From the NCBI GenBank assembly GCA_000165425.1, contig CT868318.1:585067-649066 (forward strand): a DNA stretch of 64,000 bases, given 5' to 3'. The stretch comes from Paramecium tetraurelia. Taxonomy: Eukaryota. The translations under genes were made by a program, and so were the position numbers. Below, in pieces: positions 12,111 to 26,354 of this stretch. Each line of letters starts with the position of its first letter. Position 1 is the first letter of the stretch. The notes under the pieces are model-generated. The model searched no databases. It was not told the DNA's origin and saw nothing but the letters and a program-made list of their open reading frames with translations.

Positions 12111-13371
12111 ATGTAATAAAGCGAATAGGAACAATAAAAGGAGTAAGTAATTGCTCAAAATGAGATTCCTGATTTAATTATCAATCCTTATGAAGTGGTG
12201 AACAATTCCAAGAAGTAAATTGACTACGATAAGTTGATCCAATCCTTCGGTTGCTAGAGAATCGACCAAGCTCACATTGATCGAATATAAGCCTTAACTT
12301 AAAAACCTGTTCATCATTACTTAAGACGTGGCATTTTCTTTTCACATCGAGACTTAACCCAGGTATTGGATGCCTATGAAGCTGGCAAAGGATTCTATCT
12401 GTACACAGGCAGAGGACCATCTGGAGACTCAATGCACGTGGGCCATTTGATGCCATTCATATTTACTAAATATTTGTAGGAAGCTTTCGATGTGCCAGTA
12501 GTGATTGAATTGTCAGATGATGAGAAGTTTTTCCATAAGAGCGAAACAACATTGGAGGAATATCAACGATATGGATATGAAAATGCTAAAGACATTATAG
12601 CATGTGGATTCGATGTTAACAAAACATTCATTTTCTTAAGTTCCTAATATGCAGGTCACATGTATCACAACATTTGTAAATTCCAACATGCCATAACCTA
12701 TTCATAATTGAGAGGAATATTTGGTTTGAATGAATCCGATAATTGTGGAAAAGTAGCCTACCCAGCAGTTTAAGCAGCTCCATCCTTGTCCTCCTCATTT
12801 AAACACATCTTTGGAAAGGATGAAGTGATGTGTTTAGTCCCACAAGGCATAGACCAAGACCCTTACTTCAGAATGACAAGAGATGTGTGTTATAAACTAA
12901 AGGTTCCTAAAACTGGATGCATCCACTCCCAATTTCTGCCAGGACTTCATGGATTCGGTACCAAAATGGGAACTACAGATCCAACATCAGCTATATTTTT
13001 AACAGATACTCCTAAGGAGATTGAAGAGAAAGTGAATTATTAATTAATTGATTTAGATCAAAAAACATGCTATGTCAGGTGGTGGTATGACCAAAAAGGA
13101 ACATCAAGAGAAAGGTGCTGATCTTACTGTTGATGTCCCATATCATTATTTGAGATTCTTCCTTGAAGATGATGCTCGTCTTGAAGAAATCAGAGTCCAA
13201 TATGGAAAGGGAGTCATGATGACTAGTGAAGTCAAGAAGGAATTGATTACAGTGATTACTAAGATAGTAACAGAACATCAATAGAGAAGAGCTCTTGTCA
13301 CAGACGAGATTGTGTAAAAATTCATGGAATTGAGACCCTTAAGTAACTATCCACCTAAAAAGAATAATTGA
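12111..13371 (+). CDS. WARS: Tryptophanyl-tRNA synthetase, cytoplasmic type
   Basis: [30 protein letters not shown] (HIGH), [22 protein letters not shown] and KMGTT in the KMSKS position, with one 25-nt intron near 13033. Confidence 0.95.
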
Positions 13372-13402
13372 GATATAATAAAATAAAAAAATAATTATTA
13401 AA

Positions 13403-14472
13403 ATGCTCACTGGCAAAGAAGAATTAGATAAAATGAACACCAAAGTAACATACTCATTTATTATTTCTAAGAGTGGTAAAGGGAATGCTGAAAGTGAAGA
13501 ATTGCCTTAATATCTAAGATCTTCATATTCCCAAACTTATTAATAATTGGAACCAACTAAAATTCTCAAGGGGAAAAAAGTAAATCTCATCACTAATTAG
13601 GTGTTTCCATAATTTGCTTACGGGAATTCTCATGAGGCTCCTACCTATTTTAAATTGTCGAACTCTTTGGTTTGTCGAGAAAGTTATGACAATCCTTATA
13701 TCAAGACTAAAGTGCCTCCATTAAGCAAGTTAGACTCTCTCAAGGGAAGCACTCTCAATAATTATGAATTTTATAATATTTCTGATTAGAGATTCACGAA
13801 TCGAAAACCTACAGGTTACATTACTAATAAAATAACAGAGTATAAAATTAATCTCAACATTAAGTACGATTACAAATTAGGTTAAAATTGTATAAAAACC
13901 ATTCAATGATGACAATGGCTAAATCTTTACTTTTGAAAGTGCTTACAAATCCATCTAAGATAAATTATTCAATAGAAAAAGAGGTATCCTTTAATCTTTT
14001 AAAATAAGAGCTTTTCACAGATTTTGTTGAGAAAAATGATTTACTTAATGTCTATGGACCATTAAATATGAGAACCAGACCAAAAGAATTCAGAGAAGTC
14101 AAAAATTATGCTTTGGATTCTGAATAACTCAAATTATTGAAGGAACAGAGGTCCAGGCAACAAATCACTCCCACCAATAGAAGTGGGTTCACTGATCTCA
14201 TTAAAACTGTTAGATTGCCCACCATTTCTAAAATGCAAGGATTGGATACAGATAAATATTATAACAAAGATTAAAATTATCTCAATTAATTATCTAATTC
14301 AATTATCGTCGAGAAAATCGATCAGAATATCAAACATAAAAATAAAACTCTCTAAAGTTTCAATAAAAATAAACGGTTTATCAAACACAACACAGAAGAC
14401 ACTGAAAATATGTAAGGAATTATTGACATATTTGAGAAGCATTTAGAATTTGAAAAATAATATAATGGGTGA
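13403..14472 (+). CDS. Hypothetical protein
   Basis: MLTGKEELDKMNTK... stays open after removing two 25-nt GTA..AG introns (near 13840 and 13984), ending at TGA 14470-14472. Confidence 0.65.
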
Positions 14473-14498
14473 AATATAATTAAAATTATACATTTAAT

Positions 14499-15274
14499 TC
14501 AAAATTGATCAGTGTAATAACTTAATTGCTCCTTTAATCTCTATATCTTACAGTCCTTTTTATTTAATGCTTCCTCAACTATAGATTCAAATTTCGTAAT
14601 ATCAGCGAAATGTTACTATTTCAAATTCTAAAGCTTCTCTTCATAATGTTGTTTTAGCTGTTGATTTTAAAGCTTTAGTTATTCAATCTTATCATAAGCT
14701 GATTTCTTTTCCTCCTCTAAATTTATTAACAGGGTCTCAATTTAAACTAATTTATTGCTAAATTCCTCTGATTATTGAAGTGATTTATAATTTTCTTCCT
14801 GCAAAAAGTGAAGTTGCTCAATCAATTCATTTTAATTTTCTTGAGCTTCTTACCTTTAACATTATGCTAATTGTAACTATAGATCCTTTTTATCCTGCAA
14901 AATCTTATCTATGAACGCTACATATTCCTATAATATAGTTTGGAATTCATTTTTTTGTTTCAATAGATCAGCCTCTAATTTAGACTTCCTAAATAAATTT
15001 GTACAATATACATTTCCAATTTCATTTAGATTATTGTTTCCTTCAGTTTACGATTTTCTAGAGTCAAGTTATTCTCTTCGGTTAAATATGGTTATGCTCT
15101 TTTCGTTTGCATCTATGGTACTTCTACGGAGGTTTCTAAATTTTCGTCTGTGGGATGAGATTCCCATAATTTTTGGGTTAACTCTTAGTAAAATTTTTGG
15201 TCATTTGAAAATTAACCTTTGGAAATCAACGGATGAACATCTGGAGTCTTATTCTTTTTCAATTAGGAATACAT
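14499..15274 (-). CDS. Hypothetical coiled-coil protein
   Basis: MYSQLKKNKTPDVHP..., one 23-nt intron, E/Q/K/L-rich heptad-like body, ending LSYYTDQF TGA. Confidence 0.65.
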
Positions 15275-15283
15275 TTATTTATT

Positions 15284-17269
15284 TCAGTTAAAAAAAATTA
15301 TGTATAATAACATCATTTTCTTCTCTACACATTTTTAAGAATTATATAGATCCACTATTTTTTCTAATCTAGCTCTGCGTTATGAATTTTATAATACTTA
15401 TCTGTAATCCACATTGAAATCTTTTAAGTATTTACAAAATTAATATGTTTCAATTCCGTCCTTTTACTATTTTATAATACTCATTATAGTAGCTAAATAT
15501 TCAGGATTCTTTTTTCCAATCTGTATAGCGAGATTCGAATTCAGAATTAGATTCAAAACACCATGTCTCTGATATCTTTCGATTTATTATAAAAGTCGAC
15601 CACCAAAGATCTAGGCTTATAATTCTGTTAAGTTATTTTTATTTGCTAAACGATAAACATCTGATTTTTTGTAGGAAAGACAATCTTTTAGAAGATTTAA
15701 AGATTTAACATCATTCAACAATTTAAATAAATGTGGCAAGTACCTTTCTTAATAGTGAGTCTTTTTCATAAACTCTATTATAATAATAGGAAACAAATCT
15801 TTGAATATTTGTTAATCTTAATATTGGAAACTTAAAATTTCATTTATCATTTTTATTGGATTATCTTTGATTTTTTTATTTAAGTGACCACTCAATTTAA
15901 GTTTAAGTTTTTCATTCTTGGTTACAGCATATGAGTGGAGGGGACGAGCAAATGCATTCTCCTCATTTAAAAAGGAATCAACTTCCTATTCACATATAAA
16001 CCTCAAGTATAGAAGACCATTTTCTGGAAAGGAAAATTCACAGACTTATCTTACATAATCAGAAAAGGTACTCAATTTTTATCTAGAGTTAACAGTTAAT
16101 GTTAATTTGTTTAAACTTAAAAAAATCTGAGACACTTTATTAGCTTAAAAGAGCGAATGCTGATTAGTTTCTAATGATAGCCTTTAAATAATTTCATCAA
16201 TTAATTTTTCAACCTCTTATGCTGTACAAATCTATTCTAAATTAATTAAAAATTATTAAATAAAATGTAAGGATATTTTTTAAGGTCTCAAACTTAGTTG
16301 TTTAAACAAAAATTCTTTAATTTTGATTTCTAATACTGGATAAACATCAACAGGTAAAAATTGGTAATTTTATATTAATGATATAATAGTGTGTTCATCC
16401 ATTACGTTGAGGGTATCGGTTAAGAATTATCTCATTTTAATGAGAATAGGGTGTGATTCTAAATATGGGTTAAAATATTAATATTTCATCTTAAGTAACA
16501 TAATGTAAAATGTGGTTACTTACTAGAAATCGTAATAGAATGAATTAGCGTCATAATGAGAAATACAGAATTCAATTAAACTGGAATTTAGATATTTCTT
16601 TTTTTAGGATTTCATCATTTCACATCTTATTATAAGAATCACTTCCATTGAGGAAAGAGGTTCAGCCTATAATCGATCTTCCACCAGTTATTGAATTTAA
16701 GGCAATTACATGTTTAAAACTTAGGAATCATACCAAATATTAATGTAATGTCTAATACTGAAATCAGTGCAGTTTTGTAATATCTTATTTAGATTGTTTG
16801 CTAACATTTTATCATCCAAATTTTGAAGTAATGATGATTGACCTTTGACCTAATATTTAGATTTGAAGCAAAGCAATTCAAGTAAATCAATGGGAGTAAG
16901 TTGTTCAATTTAGTTATTTAATAGTATTGCTATATCACCCATTCCTTTGCGAAATATAGGTTCATTTTCATAATATTTTACAGAATTCAAGAAATGAGCA
17001 ATGATGCGAATTGTCAGTAATGAATGTTATAAGCTAAATATATATTTATTCTTGTTAAATATATCTATCAAGGTTTTAGGATCTACATGTTCACTAATGA
17101 GTGTCATCAATTCTTATTCATTTTATACAACTTTGACTTCCTCTTTTGGAGAATCGATAATATCTATGTCATCATCTGATTCATTCTCAAATCCATCACG
17201 AGTAGAGAAATTTATAAAACTAGTTTGAGTAGAAAATCTCTATTTCAATAATGTTCTTAAAATTATCAT
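15284..17269 (-). CDS. Hypothetical helical protein with a probable mitochondrial transit peptide
   Basis: The N-terminus MIILRTLLKQRFSTQTSFINFST is basic/hydroxylated and resembles a transit peptide. A long L/I/K-rich frame is open in ciliate code, and the 3' end is approximate. Confidence 0.6.
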
Positions 17270-17291
17270 AAATATTTTTAATATTTATTTT

Positions 17292-18810
17292 TCATTTTGT
17301 AACAATTGTATTATTTCTAACAAACTCTAAAACTGATTCCACAGTTCTACTATCTCCTTTCCAAGGAATAGCCTTTCTCTATTTATCGGCAGCTCTAAAC
17401 AACACAACATCTGGATAGGAATGAGGTTGATAAACGTCAGAAATTTCATTGTCAGGAGCATTTATTTGAGCTACGACGATGTTAGGATTATCTCTCAATT
17501 CATAAGCAATTTGATCATAGAGTGGTTTAAATTGTTTGCAATGTCCACACCATGTAGCATAGAATTCAAGTAAAACATCCTTCTTGCTTTTGATAACTTC
17601 TTCCTCATAATTCAATGCTACAACTTTCTAAGTGAATAATATATATAATATGATACCCTAACATAAGTGTTCTCTTAAGTGTAATCAGGGACTGGTTCAG
17701 ATTTGATGAATTTCTCAATTTTGCCTTATCTGAAATCAAAAATGAAGTTCTTGATTCCTTTGACAGTAAAGTCGGGTCCATTGTATTTGTATTTTAATCC
17801 TTAATTCCAAGCTATGATCTTGGGGAACACATTGTCATCTGCTCCAAGTTAATTCAATTAATCGAAAAATTTTTCATCGGTGATTTTTGCGAATGAAAAT
17901 TGATATGTCTTCTTAAACAATTAGGCTGTTTCAAGGAATGCTTTTTCAGCTTTGATGGATTACTCATCTAAACTGCTGAATAAAATAAAGGCAGGAGTAG
18001 CTCCAGAATAAACGAGTTTTTCTGATTACTCATTTAATTATGGTACATCAGGCAATTAATTTTGTAATAAAAATCTTTCAATATTTTGTTTTGTGAATGC
18101 TTGATTGAATTGCTTTTTCTCTGAGATTTCTTTTGAATAATAATACAATCTTCCTGGTTTACCAATGGGGAAAAGATATGAGAAGGCAAATGCGGCATCT
18201 GAATTTGTCTTACTCATCTCGAAGAAGGTCCAATAATTAGGATCGTTGATATTGTTTTCTGATCCTTAATAGAAGAGTACAACATCATTGTCATTCAAAA
18301 ATTGATTGAATTGATCTTATGTCAAGATCTCGGTGGGATTTGGCCCATTGACCAACTAAAATAATATAGATTATATTTATATACCTATAACATCCATTAA
18401 AGTATGGAATCAGCACTTCTTTACCCAGTAAATTGAAAAGGCTTACCATCAATGAAAAAGATGAAAGTGGGGAAAGATGAGATTTTGAATTTTTCAAGAG
18501 CATATCTATCTGGGTCTCTCTGTGAATCGTAAGCAGCACAAGCAATAGAGTGCTTAGATGCCTTATCGGTAAGTTGTTGATATTCAGGAGCAAATTATTT
18601 GCATGGAGCACACCAAGATGCATAAAATTCAATTAAAATCAAAGGATGGCCTGATATCAAAGTGTCAATGTTAGTGGGCAAAGCAGTTATTGGCTATACC
18701 ACTGGCTAGGGTGGCTCAACAGTTTATGGATTCTCCTCTTATGCTGGTGCTTCTGTCGGGTCTTATGCTAAGATTAAAGCAATGAAACAGAATATTAGGC
18801 TTAATTTCAT
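17292..18810 (-). CDS. PDI: Protein disulfide isomerase (two catalytic thioredoxin domains)
   Basis: Signal peptide MKLSLIFCFIALILA, active sites EFYASWCAPCK and EFYATWCGHCK, KFIKSEPVP linker, two introns. Confidence 0.9.
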
Positions 18811-19791
18811 TATTAATTATTAATTCATGAACACAGTTGGAGATTAAAAATACAAAACTATTTCAATCAAAGCTTCTCTATATAGAGTAAGGGAAGGAAA
18901 GAATATAAAGAGAATAAAAGGAATTTATGGAAAGAAAATTACATTAAAAAATATCTTTGTTTATTTCACCAAGAAAGAAATATAATAAAATACAATATTT
19001 AAAAAAATATACGCTTATAAATTAATAAACTATTGTGACCAAGAATATGAAATATAATTTCTACAACAATTCTAATAAAGGTTTTCTAATATTATTTTTC
19101 TCATATTCATTAACATGTTGGAGTGACAATTCCGTAATTCAAAGTGCTATTTCTGATTTAGTGATAAGATGACATAAAAACCAGGCAGTTCTAAGTAACA
19201 ATAATCATAAAAGTTAATAATCTTTACCATATACAAGCAGGCATATTGATGTTTAATTCAAGTATGAGTTTATTTGTACTGATTAATTGGATGGGATACA
19301 GCTCGAAAATAAAGTAGATCAATTTAATCTTTTGAAAAAATAAAGTTAGAAAAATTATGGAATTTGAAAAACTAATTTATCGCTACAAAATATCCACAAT
19401 AATGTTCGACACGGCAGAGTATTAATTACTTATAAACATGTATCTAAATCTAAAATGATATGACTTTCTAGGAATTAGATAAGATGTGTAAATCTATGAA
19501 AACTAAGTTAAATTAAAAAGAGAGTCTAGATTCATTTGGATATCTAAATTTTATAGGAGAATTCTATCTTATCACTTGATAATTAATATTTTTTCAGTAT
19601 ATACTCTTGTTATCTAATTATTTCTTGATACCCATATTCTTATCTGAACTTTTCTGAAGGATAGAGTAACAAGATTTCAATGAGAAAAATATGAAATAGA
19701 AGGCAAACAGAAGAAAATAATAAAAACAAATCTATTCACTTGATATTCGATTTATATATTTATTATATTATATTAACTATTTTTGAAAATA

Positions 19792-21434
19792 ATGGTATAT
19801 CATTCATATTATTATCTCTTAGAATAGCAAACTCAGTGGGAAGATTAAAAAGCCTCCAGTTATTGAGGAAATATAAAGTAATATTATCAATTTAAATTTA
19901 GTTAAGCCCAGAACCGAAGAATAGATATAATCAGTTGCAAAAAATGTAAGGAATGGAGATGTGTCTAATCCGGAAGTTGTCCTCATTGGGGAAGCTGAAT
20001 TATAAAGAATGAAGGTATTACTTGTATTTTATATATTTTCAGAATAATGCTATCATAACGACCAAAGAAGAATAATTATACTAAAAAAAATTGCTTGAGG
20101 AATAAAAAGAGAAGTAGATGGCTGCAGCAAAGGCTAAAAAGCAGAAAATGTTACAAATGGAGGAAGAAAAGAAAAGATAAGTGCCTCTTTCAACTCAGTA
20201 GGAGGAAGATAAGGTGGTCAAAGATTCACTTCTTGCAAGGGTAGAATATGGTTTTTATTCTTTGATAGGCAGCAGAGATCATGAATGAATAGATGGATGA
20301 TGTTAAGGAAATGAACAAAATGGTTATGTATGCAAAATGTGTAACTGTTCGAGACAAGCAATTATACGAGAAGAAAGAACTTCATGAATAATATAAAGTA
20401 TAAGAGAAACGTAAGGATTTGATGATGGAAATTGAAAGACTCAAATCTATTAAATATCATGAAGAAAAAGATAAATAAAGAAAAGTTGAATAAAAACATG
20501 GTCATGATATTATAATTGAATAAATAAAGGAGAGAGAACTTATTCGTTTGAAAGATAAAGAAGAATAAGAAAGAGAAGGTTAAGTCATGCTTAAATAAAT
20601 CAAATAATTGCAAGTCGAAGAATAATAGAAAGCTATGCAGAAGAAGGTTACTTAATAAAAGGTTTAAGAAGAGATCTTAGAGGCTAATGATAGAGCTATT
20701 TTGGTTAAAGAGAAGAGAAAGTTGGAGGAAAGAGAGGAAGAAGAAATGATCGTTAAATACAATTTGTAAAAGGCATAGAAAGAAGCAGAATTGTTGGAAG
20801 AGTAAAGAAGAATCAAGGAAGAAAAAGAAAGAGAAGTTTAGAGATTAAGAGAAATGCAAGAAAAAGCATAAGACAGATAAGCTGAATTAGATGCTTTAAG
20901 AGCCAAAAGAGCAATGGAATAAAATGAAAGATAAGCCAGAGAAAAGGAAAGAAAGGAAGCAGAGTGGAAAATGAAATTGAATCATGAGGTCCATGAAGCA
21001 AGAAAATTATAACAATATGAAAAACAAGAAAGATTAGAAGAATAGGTACATAACTTTATTAACTTTTATTTAGGCTAGATTAGAAAGAGACGAATTTTAG
21101 AGAGTCATATAGAAACAAAAATAAGAGAGAGAAAATGAATTAAAATTACATCATGAAAAAGAAGCATTAGTAAAGAAACATGCAGATGAACTCAGGAAGT
21201 AGATATCTCTCAATGAGGAAAAAAGAAAATAAGAAGAAAGAGACAAGTATTATGTTATAACCTAATTTTAATTTTAGATTGGAAGAAGGTAAAAAAATTA
21301 GAGATAAAATGTTAAATGAGAAGAAATTATTGGAAAATATCAAAGAAACTAAATTAAAGACATTAAATGATAACGCTATCCCAGATAAATATAAAGCAGA
21401 ATTATCGAGGAAAAAAATTAATATATAAATTTGA
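19792..21434 (+). CDS. CFAP45: Cilia- and flagella-associated protein 45 (trichoplein-domain microtubule inner protein)
   Basis: LLARAAEIMNEQMDDVKEMNKMVMYAKCVTVRDKQL, EVQRLREMQEKAQDRQAELDALRAKRAMEQNERQAREKE and a long coiled coil, with about six short introns (the first directly after the ATG). Confidence 0.85.
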
Positions 21435-22730
21435 ACAAAATTCATTATTCATCAATTTAATTGGGTTCTTACTTCGTAAATTTCTTCAGCTCATCCACAA
21501 CTATATCAATTAGTTCTTTTCAAGTCTAATTTTTTATGATTGTGTATAATAACAGTTCTATAATCAATATCTCCATATTTTTCAGTAGAAATTATTATTC
21601 CTTCTCTCTTCATCAAATCCTTATTATTCTTATCTCAATTTTAATTCTACTTCTTAATTTTCTTTTCCCTTCTGGATAGATATAAACACTTGTTGAGTAT
21701 TAGTAGTTTCTGCAAATAATTGTTTTTTATTAATTTTCTTTTTTTCTATCCTTATAAGCTCTTTTAATTGAGACTGCACAAAGAGAAATTAATTTTGGAA
21801 TGCTCACTTAAATATTATTATCATCTTTCTTGAATAAAAATTCTCTTATACTTAAGACTATATATTAAATATTTGTTTAATCTATTTTGGTGATCCAAGT
21901 AGCTGTTCACTAATCAATTTAGCCTTTATGACATTATTAATTCTATAGCAAATTACTAATATAAATTTGCTTAATAGTCCATTAAATGTGATTTATAAAA
22001 TGTATTTCCTTGAATCATTTGAAAAATAAATTCATTTTCAGCTCCTCTAATACTTTGAGTAATTGTTTAAGGTAACAGAATTAATTTTATTATTTCATAA
22101 TATAAATTATTTTATTTTACTTAATCAATTTATTAAAAATTCGCTTAAGTTTTTTCTTGCAGATTAATAGTTTTGGGCATTCATTTCTAGAAATTTATGA
22201 TTCTCCATAGCTCAAATTGCTTTCAAAAGCCTTTTTCGCGTGATTTTTATAATCTTTGTCTATCTTAGAACAACAATATTATTATTTTCAATATATTTTT
22301 AAACAAAGAATACCCTTTGAATATAAATATGATCTATTTAATTTACCTTAGGTTTGCATTAAAGACTTAGCCCAATTCAAACAATTTATCTTGGTATATC
22401 TACATATGATCATCATATGATTTGGCAGTTCTAGTCCAATAATTTAGATGTTTAAGAAATATTTGTATCCAAGAATTTCAGGATTTTCTTAAGTTCATTC
22501 CAAACTCTAAACAATGGCTTACATTCTTTTTTTAAATTTTTCCTTTTATTTATTTATTTAATCCTTTATAATTTTGTGGATCAATTTATTTTTCTCTTTT
22601 AGGAGCTATTCTATATAAATAAATTTATATATGTTTTTGAAGCTAAAAATTTATTGTATCTTTCAGATTTGTTAAAGTGATCTATATAAATAGAATATTT
22701 TTTTAATTTTCTTTGTTAAATATTAAGTTT

Positions 22731-23267
22731 ATGAACAAACTGAATAAAAAGCAGCACGTTCAAAATTTTGCTTCTGAAATATATAGTAACGAGATTTTAA
22801 TGCTTTTTATTATTGCTAATACGTATGTAACTATGTAATCAATACATGAGGAAAGTAGGCTATTTTCAATTTACATAAATTTAATAGAATTCGATATATT
22901 AGATGATCTTACTATATATTTTGTAAATTGCATTTCCAAAGTTGATGGATTGTTTTTTCTCTTCACTCAAAGAGAACAATCAAACTATCCACGTTTTAAT
23001 TACATATTGAAAAATTAATCTGGGGCTAGTGAAAATTTATTCAATTTAATGGAAATGAAAAAGGTCAATAAACTATGGTTATGTTATTAATGGATGGGTT
23101 TCTCCTAAGTGGATTTGATACCTATCATAGAAAATATAAATAATGTTCATAGCATTATAAAAGAGAATTTGATGAGATTGAAGAATATTAATTAGTCAGA
23201 AAATCCTGAAACTCTGGCATAAGAAGTCTCAATAATTATCTCAAATATCTAAAGAGTACTCAAATGA
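22731..23267 (+). CDS. Hypothetical protein (5' end uncertain)
   Basis: Open frame MNKLNKKQHVQNFASEIYSNEILMLF...IISNIQRVLK TGA. Upstream sequence may be coding but is not cleanly resolvable. Confidence 0.45.
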
Positions 23268-23290
23268 AATCTTTAATATTTATATTATTT

Positions 23291-26123
23291 TCATTTCATT
23301 TGTTTTAACTTTTCCTCAATCATCGTTTATATTGATAAGGCTTAAAACTGTAAATTGGATTCTAAGGTTTGGATCAACTCTTTATTGTTTATTGTCTTGC
23401 TAAAATTAATCAAATTATTATTACTTTAATTGTTATTTAATCTATGATGGCAGCTCATTCTTAATAAACATCAATTATTGTGTACTTGATTGTACCAGTT
23501 CATCTTTAAGAGAAGATAAAGTCTGAGCTATTTATTTTTGGGCCTTCTCTAAAATGTTCTTTGAATCACCCTAAGCCTTTTTTTGGAGTGAAAATAATTT
23601 TTATTTGATCTCCGCTTATTACTTGATAAGGACTATCAACACTGGGAAAGTATGCTTGTAAAAGCGATTCAAAATTCTGACTGAGTTTGTTGGCATTTCT
23701 TAACCATTTAATATTTTTTGTATGATTTTCTATAAATCCTATACTTTTGATAGATCAACTAAGAAGTCATTTGTAGGAATATCATTTTGAGGTTGATACA
23801 AAGAAATATAGAATCTGGCTATTGACAATCGAAGTTCTCTCTCCAAATTAATAAACCTAATGATATTAACTTTTCAAATTACTCATTGTAATCTTCTAAG
23901 TACTTTATTTATAATGATTAATTTTCCAACTTATTTCTGTAATTTAAATGAGCTTCATTATAATTCTATTGGACATTCACAATTTCTTTGTACACATTGA
24001 ATACACTTTAAACTTGTTGGATATCATTTTTTAATTCATTAAACTCATTATTAAACTAATAGAATAAAATTTTTTATTTACCGTTAAAAACAAAGTCTCT
24101 AATAGTAATTATTTTTGACTTTTATATATTCCAATATAATTATCATATTTTTAATTGGAATTGCTAAATTCTCTAATAAAATAACTTTGGAAATGAGTTT
24201 CTTAAATCGAAAAAGTTGAAGCGGATTTTAATTTATTTTGTATCTACTAGCAAAAATATTCGACATTGCTCTATTATTTCTGTCTCTCATTAAATATGGT
24301 ACATTGAACAAAATAGTATATTAATTTAATATAAGAGTTTGAAATCCAATTTTCAAATTAATGAAATGATTCAAATGGTACATAATTCTTCATTTTGAAT
24401 GATGTCAATAAATTCTTCTTAGATTCTCTCACATTTTCTAAATAAAATATTAAAGCTTATTAATTCTTTCTCTCAACTTAATCTAAATTACCTCCAAATT
24501 CAAGGAAGGATTTTGCAAAGGTCATTCCTAATGTTTCAAATTACACTCCCTTTATATCCAATCTTGTTAAGGATTCAATAGCCTACTCCACTTATCCTAA
24601 TTCGCATAATAAGATGATTTGTCTGAACAAGAAATCAAAATTATATGGAGAGTTTTTTAATCCTAAATCTATTAATTCTAAGCTTCTTAAAATCTTTTCA
24701 AAATCATTTACATCAAACAGAATATCAATGGCAATCATCAAATATTCATCTTATAATAACCTATCACCTTTTTCAACCTTTTCTGGAACTGGATGAGAAT
24801 TATACAACTTAACTAATTCATCAAGATATTTTATTGGTTCCTCTGAGATGTAAATTTCAAGCTTCTTCAAATTGATATGAGCTATTGTTTCTGCCTCTTT
24901 AGACTTAGATTAAGTCTTTACTTTTTGAATAGTGTTGTATATTTCCTTGTGTAGTTGTAGTTTTGGAATTGCCCTAAATAATTCAGTGCAAAATGTATAT
25001 TTATCTCCTTATTATTAAAATAATAATTCAACTAGCTTTAAAATCTCTTCAGTTTTTGGATTTTATGATAAGTTAATTATTTTTAATGAAATTAGTATAA
25101 GTTGTTTTAATGCTAAACTATTTGTAGTTGTTTTTAATAATAATTAACAACTATTGTAAATATGACTCAATAGTTTATCCTTTGGAACTATTTAGAAGGG
25201 TTTCTCTATTTATTCAATTTCTAATTAGAATGGCTCAGTGTAAAAGGCTAATACTAGTTATTCTTAGCATTCAAAATTTATAAGAATTTAATCTGTGGCC
25301 AAAGAATTATAGACTTAATAATGGTATTTAAGAGTTTATTCGTAAGTAAAATCTAAATTTCATTTATAATTTATATACCTGTAGGATTATTTTAGTAAAT
25401 CCATAATGAAATTGCTGCATTTTATTAATATTCAACAAAAAGAGGACCATGATTGTCCAATATTTATTACACTTTATCCACATTTTTGTTTTTGTTATTC
25501 TAGTAGAATTTCAATTAAAATTTAATCAATTAAGCTCCTAATTCTTCATTAGTACAAAGCTTCAAATTGCTAAATCATTTACAATTTTTTTACTTCTCTA
25601 GTTTGATGTTTTTTGCCACCTTATCAACAAACATCTCGACAATTTTCCCTCCCATATCTTCCTTTTAACTCAATTATACAATATACTCCATCATGTATTC
25701 TTAATTTTTTTCTCCTTCTGCCCTGAAAATCTTAATGGCATATGTTGATGCCTCTTAAAATCGATGGGCTTATATCAATTGAGAATAAAATTCCTTTGTT
25801 TACTCTAAATTTTATGGTTTGAATTTCTCAAAATAATTATTCATCATATTTAGATCCTTACATAGATTAGAATACAATTAGAGGACTTCTAATTCAGCTT
25901 AATTTAAATTGTCATTCAATATTTTTGTAGCATCACCCAATGCTCCAATCTACACCAATATTGATCCTTTTAGCAATTGCAATTATTTTTTTTCAGTCTG
26001 ATTAAACTTGGTCTTTTTCAATTATCTATCTATTTCAATCAATGCACTCTAACTTTCTCCTCTCTTCATTTATCCAATTATATTTTCAAAAAGTGTCTAA
26101 AAAGGTGATTATTGGGGCATCAT
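23291..26123 (-). CDS. NAA25: NatB N-acetyltransferase auxiliary subunit (NAA25/MDM20-like, TPR-rich)
   Basis: N-terminal TPR-like helices and LGLKNSPYNFDFLFRQIILLCELGQVEQAIESLTRLDIKGVQFETLG, which resembles the conserved MDM20 SPxN...LDxKxIQxDTIG segment. About 900 aa. Confidence 0.72.
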
Positions 26124-26354
26124 TAATAAAAAATTAATTTTTATTTAAATTTCTTGTGTTATTTTTAGAAAATGGATCGTCTCGTTTTATGATATAAGAA
26201 AAAACTTAATAGATGCAAATTTCAATTAAATCCTAAAGTCCCCTCTTCTTCTGCAAAAGCTTAATCTATATTTTTATTCTTAACAGGTATGATTAATCAA
26301 ACATACTTTTTCACTGATGGATTTATATTATTTAGTTTAATTTTTTCATAAATT

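Noticed and set aside
20362..21445. Phe/Leu-rich minus-strand ORFs in the supplied track
   Set aside because: They are antisense shadows of the E/K-rich CFAP45 coding strand. The same applies to several ORFs antisense to the dynein gene.
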